A stretch of DNA of 64,000 nucleotides from the NCBI GenBank assembly GCA_950097015.1, contig CATNEN010000031.1, positions 3,100,001 through 3,164,000 of the forward strand. The letters are read 5' to 3'. A model generated the notes under the pieces. The model was not told where the DNA came from. It ran no database searches and saw only the letters and a program-made list of their open reading frames with translations. The first letter of the stretch is position 1. Every line of letters starts with the position of its first letter. Origin of the DNA: Macrostomum hystrix (taxonomy: Eukaryota; Animalia; Platyhelminthes). Shown here piece after piece: positions 39,601 through 51,627 of the stretch. A program made the position numbers and the translations under genes.

Positions 39601-42600
39601 ATGTTGGCTGCCGGAGAGCACCGCTGGCGAAGCTGCCAGATCCGCTTGTTGTCGCTGTTGATGTCGTAGCTGCTGGCCCCAGATGGTGCTGATTGACTCC
39701 AGGCGATCCAGCCGATGACGTTGAAGACGCGGCTCGAATCTTGGCCCGATGATAAGTGGCGGAAGACGGAGCGAAGGAGGACGAGCTGGACACGGCGGCA
39801 GAAGCGGCCGCTGTGACGATCGTGGAAGCCGACCTATGCGGATGCATCAGGGCGGTGGCGCGCATCCGGCGATTCCGCTCAGCCTTCGCGTGATTCAATC
39901 TGTCGCCCTGCGTCTCCTCGGCATCGTTCTCGTTGACGGCGCTGACCGAAGAGTCCGAAGCCGATGTCTGCTGATGGAATCCGTGAGTCATGCTACGAGT
40001 GACCGGGCCGCTGAGCTGCTGCTGAAGGCGACTCTCTGACAGCATGACGGACGCGCCGCTGCCGCCCGAAGCTTCTTTAGATTTCTTAGCCCTCAATAGG
40101 TCGCCCTGAAGCCAGCATTTGGCCTGCTGAGCCTCCAGCCAGTCCTGCTGCGGCCCTAGCACCGAGCCAGGCCGGCAGATGCGGCACCAGGCTATGGACT
40201 CTGCTGCGGTCATGCGGTAATGCTTCATCAGGTAGCAGGCAATGAGGGTGCCTGTACGGCCTAGTCCGGCCTTGCAGTGGACAGCCACGGCACCCTGTGT
40301 GTTCTCCGAGATGCGCAGGAATTCCTGCAGAATGTCGTCAGTCGGACAGGAGCCGTCAACAAAGAATAAGTCGTAGTGACGAAAGCCGGCCGCGGTGAAT
40401 CGTTTGGCGTCGTACAGGCGCATGTTTAGCCGCACAATTGTGGTGACGCCGTGCTTGCGGAAATAAGGAAAATAAGCCTCGGGCGTGTGCAACGGATAGC
40501 CGTCCTGCAGGCTGCTCTGCTCGTGAGGCCCGCAGAAGGCGATGAACTTGCTGGGTATGATCCAGTTTAAGTCGCCGTTCTCCACTTGCTGCTCAACGAC
40601 AGTTGATGGGATTTCAAAAGAGAGGCGTGTGACTATTATCGCACTAATAGCTGTATGAGATAAACTACAACAAGCACAGTTGGGCCAGATGTACAGACAG
40701 TAGCTCAGCCGCAGTTGCTGTGCAGCGCATCCAAAGGCTGTGTACAGCTGTTCAGTCCATGGACTGGATGGGAAGACCGCCACCAGTCCCATTGAACAGA
40801 TCACAGGGGATATTTCAAGTACCCACACTTAGTTTTTTCCTGTATTTCCTAAAATATTCAACCAATCACAAATTTTATCATGTAATCATGTTGGCTATTA
40901 CTGATAACTATATTGTACTTATAATATTGGTAATTGATACACTTTTGAACCTATATGGATTTGCTATAGAGTTTTATGTTAGAGAGCAATGTTAGCTGTC
41001 CTTGTCACTAGGGTCTTCGACAAGAATCGCTGAATATCTCGACGATGCTGACCTTACACGGCTTTGAAAGTTAGTTCATCGTAAAGGGCGCCATATGTTG
41101 ATCCATATGGTGGACTTTCACGAAGATCGGTTATTCGGTTTGGTAGTTATCGTGAAGTAGGCAGTGGGTATTTGAAATAGCCCCGTGTTCTTTCTACTGT
41201 TAAGTAAAAAATGGGAATTAGGTGTCTCGCTCGAGGGCACAAACAGTTTGCTCTGGGCTGAGATTCGAACTCCCGACCTACGTGTTAGGAGAGGTATATT
41301 AATTACTAATTACAGGGTTTGTAGCCTAGTGGTTAGAGCGTCTGGCTCACGACTTAATGGTCGGGGGTTCGATTACCGACCTTCTGGAACATTTTGTGTC
41401 ATGTAGAAAGATACAATGCGATTCTGCATTGCTTCAGTTCACCCAGCTGTTAAATGGGTACTAGCATTAGCTACCCCGTTGAGGGTGGTACCCATTCCAT
41501 TAAGTGTCTTAATAGGTATTCCAAACATAATTAGAATTTGATCAAGTCAACACTGAATAAAAAACAGGCACAGATCCCTACTCACCTCATAGTGCTCATA
41601 CTCTTCGACATTGAAATTCTCAAAGTTAAAGAATCCGTGAACTAGGGCTTTGCTAACGGCATGCAGACAGTCCAATAGTGTTAGATTGTAGGTGCAAATG
41701 CCATAGCTGGCATCTCTGAATGGCAGATAGTGCAGATTCGAGCCCGAGACCAACGGTCTATAGGCCTCTTCTGGCGTTTTCTTCAGGTAGATTATCTGCA
41801 AGCGGGATTTGCACTTTTAGGAGCCTCAATTTGTCTAATTAAGATGCTTAAATCTTCTTAGATTTATGTCCTATCTGAGAAGCCAAAACATTGCACAAAA
41901 ATTCACTCAGAGCTCTTAGTGAACAGTCTACAATATCCCCTCAGAGCTCTTAGTGAACAGTCTACAATATCCCCTCAGAGCTCTTAGTGAACAGTCTACA
42001 ATATCCCCGCAGAGCTCTTAGTGAAAAGTCTACAATATCCCCTCAGAGCTCTTAGTGAACAGTCTACAATATCCCCGCAGAGCCCTTAGTGAACAGTCTA
42101 CAATATCCCCTCAGAGCCCTTAGTGAACAGTCTACAATATCCCCTCAGAGCCCTTAGTGAACAGTCTACAATATCCCCTCAGAGCTCTTAGTGAACAGTC
42201 TACAATATCCCCTCAAAGCTCTTAGTGAACAGTCTACAATATCCCCTCAGAGCTCTTAGTGAACAGTCTACAATATCCCCTCAGAGCCCTTAGTGAACAG
42301 TCTACAATATCCCCTCAGAGCTCTTAGTGAACAGTCTACAATATCCCCTCAGAGCCCTTAGTGAACAGTCTACAATATCCCCTCAGAGCTCTTAGTGAAC
42401 AGTCTACAATATCCCCTCAGAGCTCTTAGTGAACAGTCTACAATATCCCCTCAGAGCTCTTAGTGAACAGTCTACAATATCCCCTCAGAGCTCTTAGTGA
42501 ACAGTCTACAATATCCCCTCAGAGCTCTTAGTGAACAGTCTACAATATCCCCTCAGAGCTCTTAGTGAACAGTCTACAATATCCCCTCAGAGCCCTTAGT

Positions 42601-45186
42601 GAACAGTCTACAATATCCCCTCAGAGCTCTTAGTGAACAGTCTACAATATCCCCTCAGAGCCCTTAGTGAACAGTCTACAATATCCCCTCAGAGCTCTTA
42701 GTGAACAGTCTACAATATCCCCTCAGAGCTCTTAGTGAACAGTCTACAATATCCCCTCAGAGCTCTTAGTGAACAGTCTACAATATCCTCTAAGAGCTCT
42801 TAGTGAACAGTCTACAATATCCCCTCAGAGCTCTTAGTGAACAGTCTACAATATCCCCTCAGAGCTCTTAGTGAACAGTCTACAATATCCCCTCAGAGCT
42901 CTTAGTGAACAGTCTACAATATCCCCTCAGAGCTCTTAGTGAACAGTCTACAATATCCTCTAAGAGCCCTTACTGAAAAGTACAGGAAAGCCAAGATTCA
43001 ACTAGAATTTCCTGGGGTAAACATAACTCCCAATAATTTGAGACGCCACAGAAATGTTGTCCCGCTCGCAGGCAAGACAATTGAGGCACACAAATGCATG
43101 TACTGCTTAGCCATGGGTTGAGAATTGCCTAAGCCAAGAGTGAAAGCCACAGCCCAAGCAGCCGAGAACAGTCAACTATAAAGCAGCTGGTTTTATTTTA
43201 GTTTTTTCTTCCATTCTGAATGCTGAGTGGGTCCACAAATTGAGCTGAGGAGTGAAAAGCGATACCGTGCACATGAGCCATGGGAACACTAAAAGATAGA
43301 TTAGTTGCCAGTAGTGTTAATTTAATTCTTCAGTTTACCGCTCACCTGATATGATCCGACAAGAAAGGCTGCATTTGCTCGCTTCTTAGGATTGACACAA
43401 GTATAATGTACAATGCGCTTCTTGGACAATGAGAACGACTTAAATTTTTTGTTCAACTTGCAGCAGTACTTGTACAGCATAGCCAGGTTGAGTGGTCCGA
43501 AATCAGCATAGAAACTGAAGAATGGAGAGTGAAAGTGTCACATCTTACAGAGGTATACAACAAAGTCAAACTAAGTTTGTATTTGTAAGCATAGATTTCT
43601 ATGCACAATTGAAATAGTCAGTTGCTTACTTGGCATAGACCAGTTCATCGTCTATAGAGAAGTAGTGTGTACTGTTTGTACTTTTTGGAGTAGTTTGCAG
43701 TGTGGCAAAGTAGAAGCGATCTAAAAAAGGATGGAACAAATAACTTAATTGTTATGGGCTGTTTAAATGCAATTTGTTTAAACATGGAACCCGTAAAGTT
43801 CAAGTCTCTTGTACTGCAAACATTATTTTACTATATTATTTCATAAATTGAATTGAAAACACAATTACAAACATTGCTACTATGAATTAATAAATACATA
43901 TAAAATATATAGCTACTTGTTTGGCCCCTATTTCAATAGATCTAACTGAGGGAGCTTGTAACCCCATGGCTAAATTTTCGGGCAACTTAGCAAAATGATG
44001 GGGGGTTCAAATCCTAGCCAATAAAAAACAATTTACTCCTTTAGAAATATACTTTTTTCTAGGTAAATGCTTCAGTTAACCTACTTGTATTAATAGGTAG
44101 CAAAATCAGCTGATTGGATAGAAATTTGGGTGATAACTATGATGGCCATTTATTCCAAAAACTAAACAGCTAGAAATAATACACTGACTATTTGAAAGTA
44201 CTATACAATTGGCCTTGCTTTGCATCTGGCCTAAAGGCTAGGTATAGTTTATATTATTTTATTTGTTGTTATAATGAGTAACTATTATATAGTTCTAAAA
44301 ATAACTCAGTTCTAATAAAAGTGAAATATTACTCTACTCTGTTATGAAAAAAAGCAGTTATAATAAACTGCCAGTAATAAAACTTATTGTAAAATTCTAT
44401 ATCATAGCTAAATAGATATAAAGAAACCTGACTATAAGTCAATTTGACTACCTAATTTGATTGGGTTCTAGTCTCATTATCTGCCACCATTTTGTCTGCC
44501 AACAGAAAACTTACTTATTTCTAGCTTATGAAATTCATGAGCAGACAAGTTAGCAAAACTTGACCCTAAATGAAATAAGAAGAAATTAAACACATTCCAA
44601 TCATAAAAATGTACATGCTGGTATATGGATAGAAGATCAGGTCCTGTTTTTAGTTCTTTGATTAATTTAAACATATTTGTATATAATTTTCATTCTGTGG
44701 GAAAGGAAAGGTCAACTCACTGTTGTGATCATGAAATTTGCAACAGAACATAATGTGAAATTTTGTGAGAACAAATATACCACACTTGTTATAAGAATAA
44801 CAGGCTGTGATATCTTATATGTGCTTTCATGTCACCTTGAAAGCAGATACTTTTTGTGACAATGAAAGTAATAGTGGATTTTTGTAAGAGTTTGTACTAA
44901 TTTATTTTTAAAGCGAAGTTAATAGCAGATAGGATGGTGGCAGACAAAAGTAGGCCTACTGAAAACCATTGGATCTACCCCAGTACCCAAAGTATCTTTG
45001 GGCTTAGAAGATTATTATGTGCAGCATATAACGCTTTGAATATTTACTTCCATTACTTTGGTTCGGTTCGTTCCGTTCATACATCGAACGCACCTGTTTT
45101 TCTTTCATCTTACCTTTTATTATTTCTGATGCACTAACAACAACTGATGACAAAGAGTCGTCATCGTTAAATACGGGTTCTTTCAT
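33646..45186 (-). CDS. CDC14: CDC14 dual-specificity phosphatase (exons 45186-45114, 43720-43630, 43514-43346, 41795-41586, 40588-39567, 37338-37227, 33723-33646; about 584 aa)
   Basis: [63 protein letters not shown], catalytic [10 protein letters not shown], and TQGDRL. All introns are GT-AG with consistent phases. The first five exons are high confidence; the last two are inferred from splice signals and phase. Confidence 0.93.
33735..37220. repeat. 25-bp minisatellite (CTCCTGAACTGAGATCTACCAAATC)n, about 140 copies, filling the last CDC14 intron
   Basis: Tandem units running from about 6 bp after the predicted donor to about 10 bp before the predicted acceptor. Confidence 0.95.
38148..38422 (-). 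mobile_element. CORE-like tRNA-derived SINE, family A (most complete copy)
   Basis: Minus strand: GTAGCCTAGTGGTTATGGCG...GGTTCGATTCCCGAC (A/B boxes), then TGTGTCCTTTAGCAAGACACTTAACTCTGCATTGCTTCAGTTCACCCAGCTGTTGAATG, which resembles the MIR/CORE domain (TGTGACCTTGGGCAAGTCACTTAAC...CTCAGTTT...CTGTAAAATGGG). Confidence 0.8.
38762..38837 (+). repeat. About 76-bp dispersed repeat, inverted relative to 41107-41181
   Basis: Reverse complement matches 41107-41181 at about 70 of 76 positions by eye. Confidence 0.85.
40678..40790 (-). mobile_element. 3' fragment of family A SINE
   Basis: Contains CAGTCCATGGACTG and the CAGCTG/GATGCGC 3' region shared with 38148-38260. Confidence 0.6.
41107..41181 (-). 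repeat. About 75-bp dispersed repeat, inverted partner of 38762-38837
   Basis: ATGGTGGACTTTCACGA...GTGAAGTAGGCAGTGGGTATTTGAAATAGC. Confidence 0.85.
41321..41480 (+). mobile_element. CORE-like tRNA-derived SINE, family A (head plus core)
   Basis: GTAGCCTAGTGGTTAGAGCG...GGTTCGATTACCGAC...GCATTGCTTCAGTTCACCCAGCTGTTAAATGGGTAC. Confidence 0.8.
41908..42975. repeat. 34-bp minisatellite (CAGAGCTCTTAGTGAACAGTCTACAATATCCCCT)n, about 31 copies, in CDC14 intron 3
   Basis: Near-perfect tandem units. Confidence 0.95.
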
Positions 45187-46920
45187 CGATCAAACCTTCT
45201 AGCTTAATACAAGTAAATGTAAATATATATTACAACTAGATCAATATCAAGTTCTGAAAAATCTATTTGTAAATGAAATATTTAATCTATATATACAAGT
45301 AGTCTACGAAATACTCTATTGTAGACCACAACTAGAATTTTCGGTATTTGAATTTTTTGAAAACAGGAACATCAGTAGGCCTGCCTAAGCAATAGCATTG
45401 AGTATAACAAGTGTATATAATTTTACTACTACTAAAAAATATACTTTTGTATCTTATGTACACATCCAAATAAAAAAATCTCAAAAGTATTTTTAATTAT
45501 TTCAGCTAGAAACAATTTACATTTACGTTATGTAAGGCAAAAGTCAAGACAAGACAACAGTAATTAATCGTTGCTTAATTGGCTGCATTTAGTCTAAGTG
45601 CATGTGTGTTTTTTACTACTAACTATATTTATCCACAAACAAAGAAATAGTTTTCGCTGTGATGATTGTCTTGCGCTCATCCTAACAGGGACTGCAACGA
45701 TCGAAACCTGCTTTCTGTTGTTCATTGTAATTTGCGGTTCTGATTCTGATTCTAACTGGCCTTCTGTCAGCCTGTCGTAATTTATTGGGGACTTATCATT
45801 TCACTTAAAGAAGTGAAAGCAGCAAGGTTACACAGGTAGTCACATTGTCAACACTGCAGCCACATTAGAACCTCGATCAGCACCAGCACTAAAAGAGTCA
45901 TGAATTCTCTCTTGTTCTATGAGCCAGCATGCAATACTTAACTAAAAGCATCATATTGATTATATTTATTTGATATAAGTTTTTAACAATATTGAGCTCT
46001 GGACTCTAGTTAGAATAAATTACCCAGATTGGATTTGCATGGAAAGAAATTTTCGTGTTCGTGTACTGGAACAGTTTGGCCTTCGTCTTCGAATAAAGAC
46101 GTAGGTGCAATTTATTCGTGGCACGGCAGATTAGGCATGTTCCATTCAAAAAAGCTCAAATGTAGAAACAGGTATGGTCTCTGACAGTCTCAAGCATCTG
46201 TATGGCTGGCAGCGGATGGGTTGGTCGGCTCATGAGAGTTAACTCCTGCAAATACTACGTTATACGTATTCGACTCAAGTCCATACCTGCGGCCGGTTAG
46301 ATCGCTATTAGATTACACACACCCACGCAGCCTATGCAGGAGTTAAGTGGAGCCACATGTGCTCGGGGTCAGCCTTGGCCTCTCAAAATCAGCCACCATG
46401 CAATACCACTGTTTGCTAAACAGAGACCCATCCCCTCATCAGTCAACTGATCTCGCATCGCGGATCGGTGGGGAGGGCGCTGCCTCCAAGACGCCATTTA
46501 ATCGGATCCAATTTCTGATTGCTAATCTTTCCCGCTTTACGTTTTTCATTACTGCTGAGGACTAGCTGCCTACTTCAGGTTACAATTGGGCCTGCAGCTG
46601 CTACTGCTCATAGCTATTGTGGATCGCTGCGCAGTTGATCTGTAAGATGGCTGAAAGTGCCATTTGCTTCTGTTTAATAAACTGGTTTAATAACTACTGA
46701 GGCTAACTGGTTTAGCCTCAGTAGTTGCAACTGATCTAATTGTAATTGTAAATTAATAGGGATTTAAAGTATTATTCGTCCAGCCAGTGCTGGCATTCAA
46801 CCTGTAGAAAGGAATATTTTGTAATGACGGCTTTTTGAGTCGAAAAAATTACAACGTGTGACCAACTCGACTTATACCGCTCTCGAACCCGTCCAGAAAA
46901 ACCCGAGCAACAAAGCTGTC

Positions 46921-47316
46921 ATGCAATCAGCTTGCCCGGCTTCATCATCCGCCTTCTTGCTCGCCGCCTGTCTCACCCTGCTGATTGGCGCCGCCATTGC
47001 CGCGCCCGCCGCCTGGGAGGCCGACGACGAAGATTCATCAGAGGGGGCTTCGCGAATTTCGCTTCGCTCAGCGGCGGACTTCGACATGACCTCCGGCTAC
47101 CCGGCCATCGGCAAGCGCGGCCGTCATCGCCGACTATCCGGCGAGACAGTCGAGCGGCAGCGCCTGCCAGCTGCGGCGGCTGCGGCTAGGGCTGACGCGG
47201 CTGTGACTCGCCAGACGCTGCTGCGCCTGTTGGAAGCGAACTCTAGAAGGATCGAAGCTAGAGTCGTGAATTTGCTGCTGCGGCGGCTGACTGGGTCCCG
47301 CGATGATCGCAGCTGA
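46921..47316 (+). CDS. Secreted neuropeptide-like prohormone (131 aa); predicted amidated peptide SAADFDMTSGYPAI-NH2
   Basis: Hydrophobic signal FLLAACLTLLIGAAIA, acidic spacer EADDEDSSE, LR/...G-KR amidation and cleavage site, further RR sites. GC-rich coding-like composition. An acceptor-like gtccag lies about 25 nt upstream of the ATG. Confidence 0.7.
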   Translation: MQSACPASSSAFLLAACLTLLIGAAIAAPAAWEADDEDSSEGASRISLRSAADFDMTSGYPAIGKRGRHRRLSGETVERQRLPAAAAAARADAAVTRQTLLRLLEANSRRIEARVVNLLLRRLTGSRDDRS

Positions 47317-47639
47317 GAGCACGATGAGGCGCCAACTGTTCCCATCTTATAAGATGTTGACTGCTTGAAACGCCGCACTCTTAATTCTGTTCGATCGATG
47401 TTTGTGGCCGCTTGTGTGTTTTTGTTCGAAGTTTTCGGACATGAAATGTAGTGCAACTCTAAAAACATATTGATGCACCACATTCAGTTCCCAAGTTGAA
47501 CTGATCGACAATTATGGCATCCAGAAAACAATTTGGAAACTTCCGGTCCGCAATTTAAGGAACAGGCTTAACTTTTTCTCTTATGATTCTTAATCACTGA
47601 TTATCAGTAGCTTTTTGGCTGACTGTCACTCGCTGTTAA

Positions 47640-48040
47640 ACTGTCACTTGGTGTACCACTGTCACTGACCGACTGCCACTGGCTGTAAAAACTGTCACTG
47701 GCTGTAAAAACTGTCACTGGCTGTAAAAACTGTCACTGGCTGTAAAAATTGTCACTGGCTGTAAAAACTGTCACTGGCTGTAAAAACTGTCACTGGCTGT
47801 AAAAATTGTCACTGGCTGTAAAACTGTCACTGGCTGTAAAACTGTCACTGGCTGTAAAACTGTCACTGACCGACTGTAACTGACTGTAAAAATGTCACTG
47901 GCTGTAAAACTGTGTCTGGCTGACTAACACTGGCTGTAAAACTGTCACTGGCTGACTAACACTGGCTGTAAAACTGTCACTGGCTGACTAACACTGGCTG
48001 TAAAACTGTCGCTGGCTGACTAACACTGGCTGTAAAACTG
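47640..48040. repeat. 18-19-bp minisatellite (CTGTCACTGGCTGTAAAAA)n with longer variant units
   Basis: Tandem units visible. Confidence 0.9.
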
Positions 48041-48456
48041 TCCCAATCTGCGATTTAGGCAAAGTAGAACAGGACAGTTTGAGTTTATTTTGCAAGAGCT
48101 TCACAATCGGTTAAGCAGGTTGAATAGAAGAAATTCAACAAAACCACTTGCTTCATTTAAGAGTAGGTGAGTGCAGACCAGAGAACAGTCACGGCAATCC
48201 TTTAAGCCGTAGCAATACGAATACAGGACATAAATCATAGTTTTGCTAATCCCAATTTCATTGGACTGGGGCATTAATAGAATGCAATCTTTAGTTCTTT
48301 CCGCCTCTGAATCCATGCCGGAAAGAACTTGAACTCTACTAGAAGCAAACTGCTTGACTCCCTGAAGCTGGCTTATGCTGAGAAATAAGTTCCTGTAAAA
48401 TTGTGCTGCAAAGTTAGCGTTGTGCTTCGCTAATTGATCAACATTTTCTGTCCTGG

Positions 48457-51322
48457 TGTCTCTGAATTGTGCTGTCACTGAATTGTGCTGTCACTGAATT
48501 GTGCTGTCACTGAATTGTGCTGTCACTGAATTGTGCTGTCACTGAATTGTGCTGTCACTGAATTGTGCTGTCACTGAATTGTGCTGTCACTGAATTGTGC
48601 CGTCACTGAATTGTCCTGTCTCTGAATTGTGCTGTCACTGAATTGTGCTGTCACTGAATTGTGCTGTCACTGAATTGTGCTGTCACTGAATTGTCCTGTC
48701 ACTGAATTGTGCTGTCACTGAATTGTGCTGTCACTGAATTGTGCTGTCACTGAATTGTGCTGTCACTGAATTGTGCTGTCACTGAATTGTGCTGTCTCTG
48801 AATTGTGCTGTCACTGAATTGTGCTGTCTCTGAATTGTGCTGTCACTGAATTGTGCTGTCACTGAATTGTCCTGTCACTGAATTGTGCTGTCACTGAATT
48901 GTGCTGTCACTGAATTGTGCTGTCACTGAATTGTGCTGTCACTGAATTGTGCTGTCTCTGAATTGTGCTGTCACTGAATTGTGCTGTCACTGAATTGTCC
49001 TGTCACTGAATTGTGCTGTCACTGAATTGTGCTGTCACTGAATTGTGCTGTCACTGAATTGTGCTGTCACTGAATTGTGCTGTCACTGAATTGTGCTGTC
49101 ACTGAATTGTGCTGTCACTGAATTGTGCTGTCACTGAATTGTGCTGTCACTGAATTGTACTGTCACTGAATTGTGCTGTCACTGAATTGTACTGTCACTG
49201 AATTGTGCTGTCACTGAATTGTGCTGTCACTGAATTGTGCTGTCACTGAATTGTGCTGTCACTGAATTGTGCTGTCACTGAATTGTGCTGTCACTGAATT
49301 GTGCTGTCACTGAATTGTCCTGTCACTGAATTGTGCTGTCACTGAATTGTGCTGTCACTGAATTGTGCTGTCACTGAATTGTGCTGTCACTGAATTGTGC
49401 TGTCACTGAATTGTGCTGTCTCTGAATTGTGCTGTCACTGAATTGTGCTGTCTCTGAATTGTGCTGTCACTGAATTGTGCTGTCACTGAATTGTCCTGTC
49501 ACTGAATTGTGCTGTCACTGAATTGTGCTGTCACTGAATTGTGCTGTCACTGAATTGTGCTGTCACTGAATTGTGCTGTCACTGAATTGTGCTGTCACTG
49601 AATTGTGCTGTCACTGAATTGTGCTGTCACTGAATTGTACTGTCACTGAATTGTGCTGTCACTGAATTGTACTGTCACTGAATTGTGCTGTCACTGAATT
49701 GTGCTGTCACTGAATTGTGCTGTCACTGAATTGTGCTGTCACTGAATTGTGCTGTCACTGAATTGTGCTGTCACTGAATTGTGCTGTCACTGAATTGTGC
49801 TGTCACTGAATTGTGCTGTCACTGAATTGTGCTGTCTCTGAATTGTGCTGTCACTGAATTGTGCTGTCTCTGAATTGTGCTGTCACTGAATTGTGCTGTC
49901 ACTGAATTGTGCTGTCACTGAATTGTCCTGTCACTGAATTGTGCTGTCACTGAATTGTCCTGTCTCTGAATTGTGCTGTCACTGAATTGTACTGTCACTG
50001 AATTGTGCTGTCACTGAATTGTGCTGTCACTGAATTGTGCTGTCACTAAATTGTGCTGTCACTGAATTGTGCTGTCACTAAATTGTGCTGTCACTGAATT
50101 GTGCTGTCACTGAATTGTCCTGTCTCTGAATTGTGCTGTCACTGAATTGTGCTGTCACTGAATTGTGCTGTCACTGAATTGTGCTGTCACTGAATTGTCC
50201 TGTCTCTGAATTGTGCTGTCACTGAATTGTGCTGTCACTGAATTGTGCTGTCACTGAATTGTGCTGTCACTGAATTGTCCTGTCTCTGAATTGTGCTGTC
50301 ACTGAATTGTGCTGTCACTGAATTGTGCTGTCACTGAATTGTGCTGTCACTGAATTGTGCTGTCACTGAATTGTACTGTCACTGAATTGTCCTGTCACTG
50401 AATTGTGCTGTCACTGAATTGTGCTGTCACTGAATTGTGCTGTCACTGAATTGTGCTGTCACTGAATTGTGCTGTCACTGAATTGTGCTGTCTCTGAATT
50501 GTGCTGTCACTGAATTGTGCTGTCTCTGAATTGTGCTGTCACTGAATTGTGCTGTCACTGAATTGTCCTGTCACTGAATTGTGCTGTCACTGAATTGTGC
50601 TGTCACTGAATTGTGCTGTCACTGAATTGTGCTGTCACTGAATTGTGCTGTCACTGAATTGTGCTGTCACTGAATTGTGCTGTCACTGAATTGTGCTGTC
50701 ACTGAATTGTGCTGTCACTGAATTGTGCTGTCACTGAATTGTACTGTCACTGAATTGTGCTGTCACTGAATTGTACTGTCATTGAATTGTGCTGTCACTG
50801 AATTGTGCTGTCACTGAATTGTGCTGTCACTGAATTGTGCTGTCACTGAATTGTGCTGTCACTGAATTGTGCTGTCACTGAATTGTGCTGTCACTGAATT
50901 GTACTGTCACTGAATTGTCCTGTCACTGAATTGTGCTGTCACTGAATTGTGCTGTCACTGAATTGTGCTGTCACTGAATTGTGCTGTCACTGAATTGTCC
51001 TGTCTCTGAATTGTGCTGTCACTGAATTGTGCTGTCACTGAATTGTGCTGTCACTGAATTGTGCTGTCACTGGATTGTGCTGTCACTGAATTGTGCTGTC
51101 ACTGAATTGTGCTGTCACTGAATTGTGCTGTCACTGAATTGTGCTGTCACTGAATTGTGCTGTCACTGAATTGTGCTGTCACTGAATTGTGCTGTCACTG
51201 AATTGTGCTGTCACTGAATTGTGCTGTCACTGAATTGTGCTGTCACTGGATTGTGCTGTCACTGAATTGTGCTGTCACTGAATTGTGCTGTCACTGAATT
51301 GTGCTGTCACTGAATTGTGCTG
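48457..51322. repeat. 16-bp minisatellite (CTGTCACTGAATTGTG)n, about 180 copies
   Basis: Highly homogeneous tandem array. Confidence 0.95.
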
Positions 51323-51627
51323 AGTTTTTCTCAAAATTAATTAATGTGTCCTACTCAAGAACTAATTATTTCAATTAGGCAGAGATTCGAACTCTCGACC
51401 TTAGTTCGCTCTAGCCAACTTGGTTACAAGCTTTCTTAACCTGTTTGAACTTATTGTAGAATAGGGCAGCTATGTTAGCAGCCATTGGCCAGGCGCTTCA
51501 ACCAATCAACTTTTCGATTGAAAGTTTCTCAAAATGAAATATATTTGGCGTTGCCTTTTTCAGTATTAGCATTTCGACCTGAATTTACTTAACAAGTCGC
51601 TTCACTATCAATTAAAAAAGTTCTGCC

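Noticed and set aside
39563-40828. 421-aa ORF as a complete single-exon CDC14
   Set aside because: The first about 80 aa derive from intron and SINE sequence. The true exon starts at 40588 and the N-terminal CDC14 domain is on four upstream exons.
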